DNA from: Alphaproteobacteria bacterium
GTDB taxonomy: Bacteria; Pseudomonadota; Alphaproteobacteria; GCA-2731375
Reading direction: 5' to 3'
Assembly (NCBI GenBank): GCA_965225945.1
Contig: CBDDBZ010000034.1
Span: forward strand, 256,001-320,000
Length of the DNA stretch: 64,000 bases
The position numbers and the translations under genes are program-made. Under the pieces are notes generated by a model, which saw only the letters and a program-made list of their open reading frames with translations, was not told the origin of the DNA and made no database searches. This document shows, piece after piece, positions 41,826 through 52,607 of this stretch (the first letter of the stretch is position 1; every line of letters starts with the position of its first letter).

Positions 41826-41980
41826 GGAGACATGTCGTAATCGAGTAGGGTCACCCACCTGCTGACACGAAGTCGGCCCAGGCTTGAAATCCATTGGGCC
41901 GCTTCAAGAATGAGGATGATCCATGCACGAAGTCTATGCCGGATTGGACGATTTCGGCAAGCAGACCCACAGTTGCCCAG
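41826..41980 (+). mobile_element. IS110 left-end remnant
   Basis: Similar to reverse complement of 43170-43326 (TTGGGCCGCTTCAAGAA, AAGTCTATGCCGG); encodes MHEVYAGLD.. Confidence 0.65.
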
Positions 41981-42096
41981 CCGGCGCTCGGCCCACGCCA
42001 CAGCGACCTCGGAATTGCCATCGAGAGCCCGAATGGCTACTCTGAGCGCCCAGAACGGCGGTCGTCCGGGAAATGTCGGGTTGGAGGAAGATCGAA

Positions 42097-42909
42097 ATGA
42101 AATTCCCGTCGGTTCGCTTGTTTGCATTGGTCTTAGCGCTCACGCTCGCACCGTTTGGAGGCGCCCGCGCCGCAACCCAATCGTTGGCGCTGCTCGAGAC
42201 CGATGAGGCGACACCATTGGTTTGCGCCAACGGGCTCTGCCGGGCTGAATTTTCGACTTACTGCCTGCAGCAGGAACGCGATTTGCCGCGAGCCGAAGCC
42301 CCCTACGAGGTTGCCGGCGGGGGCGAACTCTATCTCGTCCTGACGGGTGTCGACGGCAGGCTCCGGCGTCTGCCCGCCGCGCCGCATGTCCGCATCGCGA
42401 CCCCCCGCCATGGCCATGCGGCGGTAACGATCGAGCTGTCCGAAGCCGCACTCACGAAGCTGAACGCACGGCGCGCGGCGATCGAAATCGGCGCCGGCGT
42501 AACGCTCATGCCGATTGCCGCCGCCGGCGACGACACCCCGGGGCGCGAGCAGGACCAGCGGCTCGCCACCGGCCCGTTGCGTGCGCTCGGGATGCGGATC
42601 GTCGATCGCGGTCCCCGCGAGCTCGAATCGGTGCGCGTGCTGAACCGGCTGGCCAACGCCTTGCCGGGGACCAACGGGATCGGTCACGGCGCCCGCGAAG
42701 ACTTGTGGCGCCAGGCCCTCGAGCGCGGCTTTCAAACAGCCTCGCCTGATCGTATCGCAAGGGCGGCTCGCGATTACATGGCCTGCTGGCGCGACCGGGC
42801 CGTCGAGCGCGGCGGTGTTTCGGTGCGCTATTGCGTGGAGCGGCGCCATGACGAGGTCATGTGGAATCACGTCGATCGGTACTGGAAAGCGGTCAACGCC
42901 GGGAGTTGA
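42097..42909 (+). CDS. Secreted Cys-containing hypothetical protein
   Basis: Signal peptide; C.NG.CRAEFSTYCLQQER..P; C-terminal Cys pair. Confidence 0.75.
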   Translation: MKFPSVRLFALVLALTLAPFGGARAATQSLALLETDEATPLVCANGLCRAEFSTYCLQQERDLPRAEAPYEVAGGGELYLVLTGVDGRLRRLPAAPHVRIATPRHGHAAVTIELSEAALTKLNARRAAIEIGAGVTLMPIAAAGDDTPGREQDQRLATGPLRALGMRIVDRGPRELESVRVLNRLANALPGTNGIGHGAREDLWRQALERGFQTASPDRIARAARDYMACWRDRAVERGGVSVRYCVERRHDEVMWNHVDRYWKAVNAGS

Positions 42910-42959
42910 CGCCGCCGCCGGCTGGCCGCGCCCGTCCCGCGAGGCTGGCCTGCGCCGGG

Positions 42960-43326
42960 TTCCCTCGACATGGCGCGCGCGGACGCAGACCACCGCCAGA
43001 TCACGCTCTCGCGGATTTATGGAACAGAAAGGCGGACAGCGGTCCGGTCTCCAGCACCGCCCGGGCCAGCATCGCTTACAGCTTCGCCGTGTGTTTGGCC
43101 AGCGTCTTGGCGATCACGTCCGGATCACTTGCGCACCGCCCGCGCCAGAGCAGCGCTCCGGTTCCGTCCATCAGGCAAATGTGGCTCTGCTTGTCGGAAA
43201 CGTCCAAGCCGGCATAGACTTTGCGCAGGGGTCATCCTCCTTCTTGAAGCGGCCCAACGGATATCGAACCTGGGCCGATTTCGTGGTTGGTGGGAGGGTG
43301 ACCTAACTCAATTACGCCATGTCCCC
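42960..43326 (-). mobile_element. IS110 remnant (left end + broken transposase N-terminus)
   Basis: Own translation: VYAGLDVSDKQSHICLMDGTG..DPDVIAKTL..*..VLETGPLS..VVCVRARH. Confidence 0.8.
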
Positions 43327-43363
43327 GGTTTTCCTGTCCCCAGTTTTCGCGAAGAGAGTATCG

Positions 43364-44065
43364 ATGAAATTTTCCGAAAAAGCCTGGGGGGAGATCACCC
43401 CAATCTACGCCGCGATCCTCGAGCATCCGTTCATCCGCGAGCTTGCCGCGGGCGTGCTGAGTAAGGAGCGCTTCCAATTCTATATGGTCCAGGACGCACT
43501 CTACCTCACCGAGTTCTCGCGCGTGCTCTCGTTGGTCGCGGCCGGCGCCCCGGACCCGGACACCATGATGCGGTTCGACGAGTCCGCGCGGAATGCGCTG
43601 ATCGTGGAACGCACCCTCCATGAGACGTTCTTCCGCGAGTTCGCAATCACCGCTGACGTGGTCGCTCGCGCCGAGATGGCATCTACTTGCTTTACCTACA
43701 CCAACTTCTTGCTTGCGACGGCGCACCGGAGCTCGATCGAGGTGACGGTCGCAGCTGTCCTTCCTTGCTTCTGGATCTACTGGGAGGTCGGGAAATTCGT
43801 CCGTGCCGAGGCTACGCCGTCAAATCCTTACCGGCTTTGGATCGACACATACGGAGACCCGCTTGCGGGCCGTCAAATCCTTACCGGCTTTGGATCGACA
43901 CATTTTGGTGAGGGCGTACGCGAGGTCATCGCAACCGCGGACGGAATGGCGGCATCGAGCGCACCGACGGTCCTCGACGACATGATGCACGTCTTCCGTC
44001 GTGCTTCCCAGCTCGAGTGGATGTTCTGGGACAGCGCCTATCGGCTCGAGACGTGGCCGGTATAA
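43364..44065 (+). CDS. tenA: Thiaminase II / TenA, with internal duplication
   Basis: HPFIREL..G.L, FQFYMVQD..YL, LPCFWIY, NPY..WIDTY, LEWMFWDSAY. Confidence 0.9.
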   Translation: MKFSEKAWGEITPIYAAILEHPFIRELAAGVLSKERFQFYMVQDALYLTEFSRVLSLVAAGAPDPDTMMRFDESARNALIVERTLHETFFREFAITADVVARAEMASTCFTYTNFLLATAHRSSIEVTVAAVLPCFWIYWEVGKFVRAEATPSNPYRLWIDTYGDPLAGRQILTGFGSTHFGEGVREVIATADGMAASSAPTVLDDMMHVFRRASQLEWMFWDSAYRLETWPV

Positions 44066-44621
44066 TCTCCGCAATTGCCCCAATGCCGCACCGGCGTCAT
44101 CGAACGGTGTTTCGGGGGTTTCGGCGGACAGTCTACCATTTACGTGACGTCATGGGGCCGTGCCGACGTGAGACGCCATGGCCTGGTGTGGTGGGCTTCG
44201 AGTTCCACCATTTCGCCGTGCCTTTCTCCTCTCCCCCGACCCGAAACGCAATCCACGCCCCGAGCCTTTCCCCTGGTGAACCCGAGCCCGCCTCGAGCGA
44301 CGGTCCCCGGCCTCCGACGCCCCAAGCCGGGCACCCGCCACGCAGGCCGGGCGGCGATAGGGGGCAAGATGTGGTCGGTTCATCGCACCGTCCACACGAA
44401 GGCCTTGCCTTGACGAATTCCTCAGGGTGGGTTGGCGGCCGCCCGGCCGCTCGAAGCCGCCCCGAGCCGCCCCGGGCCACCTGAAACAGTTATCGCTTTC
44501 TCCAGGGGTCCGGGTCGGCTACAATCGCTCGAATCACCATGCTCACCTGGGAAAGATCGGTTAAACAGCGTTGCGCCGCCACGGTACGGCACAATTCGCT
44601 TTCAAACGAGGACGAACAGTT

Positions 44622-44726
44622 ATGGCTGATAAGGGAAAAAAAGACAAAGGCAAGAGGGAGCAACAGAAAAAAGCTCAGCTCAATCCAAAGGAAAAACGAA
44701 AAAAGAAAAGGGAAAAGAAGAAATAG
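44622..44726 (+). CDS. 34-aa lysine-rich small protein
   Basis: GAGGA RBS; MADKGKKDKGKREQQKKAQLNPKEKRKKKREKKK*. Confidence 0.65.
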   Translation: MADKGKKDKGKREQQKKAQLNPKEKRKKKREKKK

Positions 44727-44937
44727 CTGCCCAGCAACTCTGTTCGCCCGCCAATTTTTCACTTCCTTTGAAAACGAACCCACCCGGCGGGAATACGGAA
44801 ACAGCGGCTATTTTCAAGTCCCCTCCGCGCCTCGTGTAGAGGCATCGCCTAGGCTGTCGTGAGCCACGAACCGCCCCCCGGAATGGCGAGCGTGGTTCAC
44901 CCGGCTTCGCGGCGGCACGGGAATTGCCCCCTGAGCC

Positions 44938-45232
44938 TCAGCGCTTCGACTCCCTCGGCAAATCGATCCCCCAGCGGACCACGGGGCCGGGGTCGACTCC
45001 GAGTAGATCCAGCACCCGGCCGATGGAATAGTCCACCAGCTCCTCGATGGCCTTCGGCCGGATATAGAAGGCCGACTGCGGCGGGTGCGGGAAACAGCGT
45101 CGCCCGTTTGCCGTCGAGCCGCTTGGCGAGCGCCGCCAGCTCGAAATTTAGGTCCAGTCCCGCGCGCGCCAAGGCCAAGCGATCGCTCGCCGCCAGCCAG
45201 GCGCGGAGGCTTTTGCCGATCGCCGTCGTCAT
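44938..45232 (-). pseudogene. Deletion-fusion of UbiD-like N-terminus and UbiX C-terminus
   Basis: MTTAIGKSLRAWL..FELAALAKRLDG..ATLFPAP joined out of frame to AFYIRPKAIEELVDYSIGRVLDLLG..VRWG. Confidence 0.75.
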
Positions 45233-45354
45233 TTTCGCTCCGGTGCATTCATATTTCGAGCGCATTTGATATCCTCGCCCGGGCCTTCGCACGCGCTCGC
45301 CGGCGCGGCGAAAGCAAGGTAATCGTGGGGCGGTGGAAAGCGGGGAGCGCGCGG

Positions 45355-46083
45355 ATGCGACGACGGACGATGTTATGGGCGGGCCTCGCCCTTCTGCTGG
45401 CGCCCGGTGCCGGCGCGCAGAGCTGGCTGAAGAAGGGCGAGACGGCGCTCCGCAACCTCGGCGGGGGTGGCGGCGGCGGCCTCGGCCTCGACGAGATCAC
45501 CCGGGGGCTGAAGCAGGCGCTCCGCGTCGCCACCGGCCGGGTGGTCGGCAACCTCGCCAGGACCGACGGCTTCAACGCCGACCCGGCGATCCACATCGCC
45601 TTGCCGAAATCCATGCGCAAGGTGCGCAAGGTGTTGAAACCATTGGGCATGGCCGGCACGCTGGACGACCTGGAAGTGCGTCTCAACCGGGCGGCGGAGG
45701 TGGCGACGCCCAAGGCCAGGCGGATCTTCGGCGACGCCATCACCTCGATGACGCTGGACGACGCCAGGAAGATATATGACGGCCCGGACGACGCCGCGAC
45801 GCAATACTTCAAGGGCCGGATGTCGGCCCCGCTCGCCCGGGAGATGCGCCCGGTCGTCTCCGACAGCCTGTCGGACGTCGGCGCGATCCGGCGCTACGAC
45901 AAAATCATGAGCCAATATAAGAGCTTGCCCTTCGTGCCGAACGTCAAGGCCGACCTGGTCGAGCACGTCCTGAAGCGCGGCCTCGACGGCATCTTCCACT
46001 ACGTCGCGGTGGAGGAGGCGGCGATCCGGCGCGACCCCGCCAAACGCACCACCGCCTTGCTGCGAAAGCTCTTCGGAAGCTGA
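45355..46083 (+). CDS. DUF4197 family protein
   Basis: GLKQAL, LNRAAE.A, AATQYF, LDGIF...EEAAIR.DP..RTT.LL.K.FG. Confidence 0.9.
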   Translation: MRRRTMLWAGLALLLAPGAGAQSWLKKGETALRNLGGGGGGGLGLDEITRGLKQALRVATGRVVGNLARTDGFNADPAIHIALPKSMRKVRKVLKPLGMAGTLDDLEVRLNRAAEVATPKARRIFGDAITSMTLDDARKIYDGPDDAATQYFKGRMSAPLAREMRPVVSDSLSDVGAIRRYDKIMSQYKSLPFVPNVKADLVEHVLKRGLDGIFHYVAVEEAAIRRDPAKRTTALLRKLFGS

Positions 46084-46104
46084 GCGCCGGGGACCCTTCG
46101 CGGC

Positions 46105-47943
46105 TCAATCGAGCTCATATTTGTCTCTATAGTCCTCCGCCAGCGCCGGGTCCTGGTCTTGCTTCCGAAGCAGGTGGTTGCCGACCACCAGCAGCTCGAT
46201 CTCGGTGCCCATGAAGCAGCGGAAGGCGTCCTCCGGCGTGCAGACGATGGGCTCGCCCCGCACGTTGAAAGAAGTGTTGACCAGCACCGGACAGCCGGTC
46301 CGCGCCTGGAAGGCCTCCAGCAGCGCGTGGTAGCGCGGGTTGGTCTCCGGGTGCACGGTCTGGACGCGGGCCGAATAGTCGACATGGGTCACCGCTGGGA
46401 TGGAGGAGCGCGGCACGTTCAGCTTGTCGATGCCGAAGAGCGCCCGCTCGTCCTCAGTCATCTCGCGGCGGATCTCTTGCCTGACGTCGGCCACCAGCAG
46501 CATGTAGGGGCTGTGATAATCGAGCTCGAACCATTCGGCGACCCGCTCGCGCGTCACCGAGGGCGCGAAGGGGCGGAAGCTCTCGCGGAACTTGACCTTG
46601 AGATTGAGCGTCTTCTGCATCGTGGGCGAGCGCGGATCGCCCAGGATCGAGCGGGCGCCGAGCGCGCGCGGTCCGAACTCCATCCGGCCCTGGAACCAGC
46701 CGACCGCCTGCTCCTCGGCCAGCGCGTCGGCCGTGGCCGCGATCATGCCCGCTTCGTCCAGGGTCTCGAAGCGGGCGCCCACGGCCGCCAGGCGCCGGGC
46801 GATCTCCGCCTCGTCGTAGCTCGGGCCGAGGTAGGCGCCCCGCATCGCATCGCCGGTGCCGTTCAACTTGCGCGGCTTTTCCAGCTCGATATGCCAGGCG
46901 CCCAGCGCCGCGCCCACGGCGCCGCCCGCATCGCCCGCCGCCGGCTGCACCCACAATTCGGAGAAGGCGCCGTCGCGCAGGATCTTGCCGTTGGCCACGC
47001 AGTTGAGCGCCACGCCGCCCGCCATGCAGAGGTTCGGGATCTGGAACTCTTCCGCCAGCGCCCGGGTCAGGTGCAGCACCACCTCCTCCACCACCGCCTG
47101 GATCGAGGCCGCCATGTCCATGTGGAATTAGGTCAGGAGATCGCCCTCGGCCCGGCGCACCGGTTGCCCGAACAGGCCGGCGAACTTGTCGTTGGTCATC
47201 GCCAAGCCGGTGCAGTAGTCGAAATAGGACTGCTCCAGATGAAACGAGCCGTCAGCGCGCAAGTCGACGATATTGTCCAGGATCGCGTTCCTGTAGGTCG
47301 GCTCGCCGTAAGGCGCGAGCCCCATCACCTTGTATTCGCCCGAATTGACCTTGAAGCCGGTGTAATAGGTGAAGGCGGAGTACAAGAGGCCGAGGGAGTG
47401 GGGGAAGTGCAACTCCCTGAGGATCTCGAGCTCCCTGCCGCGCCCCACCGCGACCGTCGTCGTCGCCCACTCGCCGACGCCATCGAGCGTCAGCACCACC
47501 GCCTCCTCGAAGGGCGAGGGATAGAAGGCGCTGGCCGCATGGCTCAGGTGATGTTCCGAGAACAGCAGCTTGTCGCGGTCCCGGAAGCCGCCCGCGTGGC
47601 GGTCCAGCTCCTTCTCCAACAGGCTGCGCTGAAACAGCTTCTCCTTGACCCAGAGCGGCAGCGCCATGCGGAAGGACCGAAACCCCCTGGGGGCGAAGGC
47701 GACATAGGTCTCGAGCAGGCGCTCGAACTTGAGGAACGGCTTGTCGTAGAACACCACATGGTCGACCTCGTCGATTCCACAGCCGGCCTCGCCCAGGCAA
47801 TAGTCGATCGCGCCCCGGGGATAGCCGGCGTCGTGCTTTTTGCGGCTGAAGCGCTCTTCTTGGGCCGCGGCGAGGATGACGCCGTCCTCGATCAGCGCCG
47901 CCGCGCTGTCGTGATAGAAGGCCGAGATGCCGAGAATGCGCAC
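46105..47943 (-). pseudogene. Carbamoyltransferase (NodU/CmcH/SxtI type) with one in-frame TAA
   Basis: GISAFYHDSAAA, EHHLSHAASAF, GEYKVMGLAPYG, GRMEFGPRALG, NTSFN; TAA at 47128-47130 in LT*FHMD. Confidence 0.92.
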
Positions 47944-47953
47944 GGCACTCCGC

Positions 47954-48360
47954 CTAGAATTGGTTCTTGAAGGAGCCGGGCCCCTGGCCCTCGCCGTCGC
48001 GGGGCACCCAGTAGCTCTCGCCCGGGCCCTTGCGCGCCAGGCGCAGCGGATCCTTGCCGAGCGCGCGCATCGCCCACGCGGTCGGCGTCAGGGTCGAGAA
48101 GAACAGGATTCCGAGCACGAGCGGGCTCACGATCCGGTGCAGCAGGCGGCCGAACGCGAACCAGACCCGGTTGAGCGGCCCGAGCGCCTTGGGCGCCAGG
48201 AAGCCGAGGCCGAGGAATGCCAGCGCGATCGCCAGCGCGGGCTCGCGCCCTCGAGCAGCGGCCAGCCGCCCACAATCGCGAAGACCACGGCGAAGACGAT
48301 GGCGAAGCTTCGCTCCGAGCCCATCCGGACCTCGTCGCGAGAGGTGTTTCCGTCGTGCAT
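47954..48360 (-). pseudogene. SxtJ-like membrane protein, frameshifted
   Basis: SERSFAIVF then, in another frame, PLNRVW..G.LL..IVSP, GKDPLRL, SYW; usual partner of this carbamoyltransferase. Confidence 0.8.
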
Positions 48361-49877
48361 TCGAGCCTGTCTCGCCGCCGCCCCGACGGTCCCCGAGCTT
48401 CGCCCGCATTAGCCGTATCGGCTCGCCACCTGTCAAGCCGCCGACTCGATCGCCCGGCCGAACCGCCACACACCCCCTCGTTCCTTCGGTTATCCCTCGG
48501 CGGAACCGTCCCCGAAATACTGTTTCTTCGCCTCTGGCGGGCTCGGGTTCACCAGGGGTGTGGAACGGCGTGCAAAGTTGACCCCTGTTGAGGGGTGATC
48601 GGCGTCCAAATTTGACCCCCTGAGCCTGGCTAGTCCAAGTCACCTCGTTTTTGGGCGGACGAGGTGGTGGGGGATGTTGGTCGTGGAGACGATAGCGCGG
48701 ATCCGGCGGGAGTATTTCGTCAAGGGGAAGCCGATCAAGGAGATCGTGCGGGACGTGAAGGTCTCGGGCAACACGGTGCGCAAGGTGATCTGTTCGCAGG
48801 CGACGGCGTTCACCTACGACCGGCGGGTCCAGCCGATGCCGAAGCTGGGGCCGTGGACGGCCGAGCTGGAGCGGATGCTGGAGGCCAACGAGACCAAGTC
48901 GAAGCGGGAGCGGCTGACGCTGCTACGGATCTCCGAAGCCCTCGAGGGTCTGGGCTATGGCGGCGGCTACGACGCGGTGCGGCGCTACGCCAAGGCGTGG
49001 CGGTGGCGCCGTTCGGCATCGACGGCGCAGACCTATGTGCCGTTGGTGTTCTCGCCGGGCGAGGCCTATCAGTTCGACTGGAGCCACGAGTACGTGGTGC
49101 TGGCGGGGGTGACGACCAAGGTCAAGGTCGCGCACGTCCGGCTGTGCCACAGCCGAATGTTCTTCGTCCGCGCTTATCCGCGCGAGAGCCAGGAGATGGT
49201 GTTCGACGCCCACGACCGGGCATTCCGGCTGTTCCAGGGTGCCTGCCGGCGAGGCATCTACGACAACATGAAGACGGCGGTGCAGACCGTCCTCATCGGC
49301 AAGGAGCGCGCGTTCAACCGGCGCTTCGTGCAGATGTGTGGCCGGCGTCATCCCCACCCGGTGTTCAAGGACAGGACTGTCTGGCAGGTGTTCGAGGACG
49401 AGCGTCCGTCCCTGGTCGGCTATCGCGGGCCGTTCGACGGCTTCCACGCGGTCCCGGCGTCGGTGTCGAAGACCTGTGTCGGTGGCGATGAAAAACCGCG
49501 CTTAGATGGTGATTTCAGCGACATCGGGCATCGTGGCGCTGTAGCTGCGTGGTTTGCAGGCGGGAGTTGGCTCGGCGCAGCGGTGGGTAAGTAGCCCGCC
49601 GCAGCGACCGCCAAGAGTCTGGCGGCGGCGGGCTGCTTATCCACCGCGGGCGGGCGTCTCGATTCCTGTTTTGGCTGGCTGGCGGCGGCGGTTCCGCGGA
49701 CCTGACAAGGGGAGCCGCGGGAGTACACTCGGGCCGCTGAGAACGATGCGGCGCCGGCCCCGTTTGCTTGCTGGCAACGACCGGCACCGCACCCCCCGAG
49801 CCATGCAAGGCACGACCCATATGCGCAGTATCGTGCGGGTTTGGGCGTGGGTCCACCCCGTTCTCATCGGCTGCGCG

Positions 49878-50318
49878 ATGAAGAACACCGCCCGCCTGTT
49901 CAACTGCGCCTCGTGCCATCAACAGGTGGTTCTCTGCCGGCACTGCGACCACGGCAACATCTACTGTTCACGGAGCTGCAGCGATCGGGTGCGCCGGCGA
50001 TCGCAGCGCCATGCCGGGCAGCGCTACCAGAACAGCCGGCGGGGCCGTCACAAGCATGCTGAGCGCCAGCGGCGCTATCGCGAACGCCGGCGGCGCCGGA
50101 CGCCGGTGAATCGGCGCCGCGGGCAGGAAGTGACGCATCACCCTTTGACCGCCGCGCGGCGGCGTCCTGTTGTGGCGCGGACGCCGGCAGGGCGTCCCGG
50201 AACACGGCCCTTCGGGCACGAGCGGCCCGCCAGGGTCTTCCGCTGCGATCGCTGCGGCCGGTTCTGCGGGCAGGCGGTCTATCCGGGGCTGCGCCCGACG
50301 GGAAAGGGGGTGAGATGA
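49878..50318 (+). CDS. Cys-rich, Arg-rich putative Zn-finger protein
   Basis: Same protein as 4125-4565. Confidence 0.75.
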   Translation: MKNTARLFNCASCHQQVVLCRHCDHGNIYCSRSCSDRVRRRSQRHAGQRYQNSRRGRHKHAERQRRYRERRRRRTPVNRRRGQEVTHHPLTAARRRPVVARTPAGRPGTRPFGHERPARVFRCDRCGRFCGQAVYPGLRPTGKGVR

Positions 50319-51820
50319 CCATCGACAAGGAGACCCGCGCGGAGATCCTGCGCCTGTATCACGTCGAGAAGTGGACGGTCGGCACGATCACACGCCAGCT
50401 CGGCGTGCATCGCTACACCGTCGAGCGCCTCCTCACCGCGGCCGGCGAGCCCCGGGACGCGAGGTCGCCCAGGCCGTCGATGATCGATCCATACGTGCCG
50501 TTCATCGCCGAGACGCTGGCATCCTGGCCGACGCTGCCCGCCAGCCGGCTCTACCAGATGGTGCGCGAACGCGGCTATCCGGGCGGCGGCGACCACTTCC
50601 GTCATCTGCTCAGCCACTTCAGGCCCAGGCCCGTGGCCGAGGCCTATCTGCGCCTCAAGACCCTTCCCGGCGAGCAGGCCCAGGTCGACTGGGGACACTT
50701 CGGCAAGGTGACGATCGGCCGCGCGGAGCGCCGCCTGATGGGCTTCGTGATGGTTCTCAGCTACTCGCGGCGGATCTTCCTGCGCTTCTACCTCGACGCC
50801 GGGATGAGCAACTTCCTGCGCGGCCATGTCGAAGCCTTCGAGGCGTGGCAGGGCGTGCCCCGCGAGCTCTGGTACGACAACCTGAAGAGCGTCGTGCTGG
50901 AGCGCCGCGGCGCCGCCATCCGGTTCAATCCCCGGATCCTCGACCTCGCCGGCCACTACCACTTCCTGCCCAAGCCCGTCGCGGTCGCGCGCGGCAACGA
51001 GAAGGGGCGCGTGGAGCGGGCGATTCGCTATGTCCGGACCAGCTTCTTCGCCGCCCGCCGGTGGCGCGATATCGACGATCTCAACGCCCAGGCCCTGGCC
51101 TGGTGCCACGGCATCGCCGCCGACCGCCCCTGGCCCGAAGACCGCTCGATCACCGTGCGCGAGGCCTTCGAGCGGGAACGCGGCTCTCTCATCGCGCTGC
51201 CCGGCGATCCCTTCCCCGACCACGACCGGGTCGAGGTCGCCATCGGCAAGACCCCCTACGCCCGCTTCGATCTCAACGATTACAGCGTGCCGCACACCCA
51301 TGTGCGGCGCACCCTCGTCGTGGTCGCGACGCTCGACGAGGTGCGCATCCTCGACGGTGTGGACGTCATCGCCAGCCATCCGCGCAGCTTCGACAAGGCG
51401 GCCCGCATCGAGAACCCCGAGCACATCGCCGAGCTGGTCAGGCGCAAGAGCCATGCCCGCCGCCTTCGCGGCCAGGACCGGCTGGTCCAGGCCGCGCCCA
51501 ACAGCGAGCGCCTGCTCGCCGAGGCCGCCCAGCGCGGCGGCTATATAGGCGCCACCGTCGCCGCCCTGTTGCGCCTCCTCGACGCCTACGGCGCCGCCGA
51601 GCTCGAGGCGGCCATCGACGAGGCCCTGAAGCGGGACGTTCCCCATCCCAACGCCGTGCGCCTGAGCCTGACCCGGCGGCGCGAGCTGCGGCACCAACCC
51701 CCGCCCATCCCCGTCGAACTGCCCGGCGATCCGAGAGTGCGCGACATCACTGTCCGCGATCACGACCTCGTCGGATACGACGGGCTGGCCGGCGAACCCG
51801 AGGAGGACAGCGAGCAATGA
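50315..51820 (+). CDS. istA: IS21 transposase IstA
   Basis: Same protein as 2623-4128. Confidence 0.95.
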   Translation: MTIDKETRAEILRLYHVEKWTVGTITRQLGVHRYTVERLLTAAGEPRDARSPRPSMIDPYVPFIAETLASWPTLPASRLYQMVRERGYPGGGDHFRHLLSHFRPRPVAEAYLRLKTLPGEQAQVDWGHFGKVTIGRAERRLMGFVMVLSYSRRIFLRFYLDAGMSNFLRGHVEAFEAWQGVPRELWYDNLKSVVLERRGAAIRFNPRILDLAGHYHFLPKPVAVARGNEKGRVERAIRYVRTSFFAARRWRDIDDLNAQALAWCHGIAADRPWPEDRSITVREAFERERGSLIALPGDPFPDHDRVEVAIGKTPYARFDLNDYSVPHTHVRRTLVVVATLDEVRILDGVDVIASHPRSFDKAARIENPEHIAELVRRKSHARRLRGQDRLVQAAPNSERLLAEAAQRGGYIGATVAALLRLLDAYGAAELEAAIDEALKRDVPHPNAVRLSLTRRRELRHQPPPIPVELPGDPRVRDITVRDHDLVGYDGLAGEPEEDSEQ

Positions 51821-52605
51821 ACGATACCCTCATGGGCCGTGCCCGGGCGCTCGGCCTGCACGGCCTCGCCGCCCACTGGGGCGAGGTCGCCGGGCATGAC
51901 TGGCCCGCTGCGCTGGTCGCCTGGGAAGAGGAGGAACGGCGAAGCCGCAGCCTCAAGCGCCGCCTCGGCGACGCCCGCCTCGGACAGTTCAAGCCGCTCG
52001 CCGACTTCGACTGGGCATGGCCGCGCCGCTGCGACCGCATGGCCGTCGAGGATCTCATGAGCCTCGAGTTCCTCAACGAGGCCGCCAACGTCGTCCTGGT
52101 CGGCCCAAACGGCGTCGGCAAGTCGACCATCGCCGCCAATATCGCCCACCGCGCCGTCCTCGAGGGCCACACCGTGCGCTTCGCCACCGCGGCCAGCATG
52201 CTCGGCGAGCTCGCCGCCCTCGACAGCGACACCCTGCTTCAGCGCAGGCTGCGCTTCTACGCCCGCCAGCACCTGCTGGTGATCGACGAGGTCGGATACC
52301 TGTCCTACAGCAACCGCCATGCCGATCTGCTGTTCAACATCGTCTCCAGCCGCAGCCAGCAGAACTCCACCATAATCACCACCAACCGGCCCTTCGCCGA
52401 GTGGGGTGAGGCCTTCCCCAACGCCGCCTGCCTCGTCGCCCTGGTCGACCGCCTCGTCCACAACGCCGAGATCATCGCCATCGACGCCGAGTCCTGGCGC
52501 CGCAAGGAGGCCGAGGAACGCCAGAAGCAGCGCAGCGCCGAGCGCCGCCGGCGGCGAGCCGGCAAGGCCGGCGCGCAGGACCGCGGGGAACCGCCGCCGG
52601 CGTAG
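51817..52605 (+). CDS. istB: IS21 ATPase IstB
   Basis: Same protein as 1838-2626. Confidence 0.95.
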   Translation: MNDTLMGRARALGLHGLAAHWGEVAGHDWPAALVAWEEEERRSRSLKRRLGDARLGQFKPLADFDWAWPRRCDRMAVEDLMSLEFLNEAANVVLVGPNGVGKSTIAANIAHRAVLEGHTVRFATAASMLGELAALDSDTLLQRRLRFYARQHLLVIDEVGYLSYSNRHADLLFNIVSSRSQQNSTIITTNRPFAEWGEAFPNAACLVALVDRLVHNAEIIAIDAESWRRKEAEERQKQRSAERRRRRAGKAGAQDRGEPPPA

Positions 52606-52607
52606 CC

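Noticed and set aside
43816-43903. Possible mini-CRISPR (35-bp direct repeat)
   Set aside because: Only two copies, an 18-bp spacer, inside tenA coding sequence, and no cas genes
46105-48360. Saxitoxin biosynthesis (sxtI/sxtJ-like)
   Set aside because: These families are widespread outside toxin clusters, no other sxt genes are present, and both genes are broken
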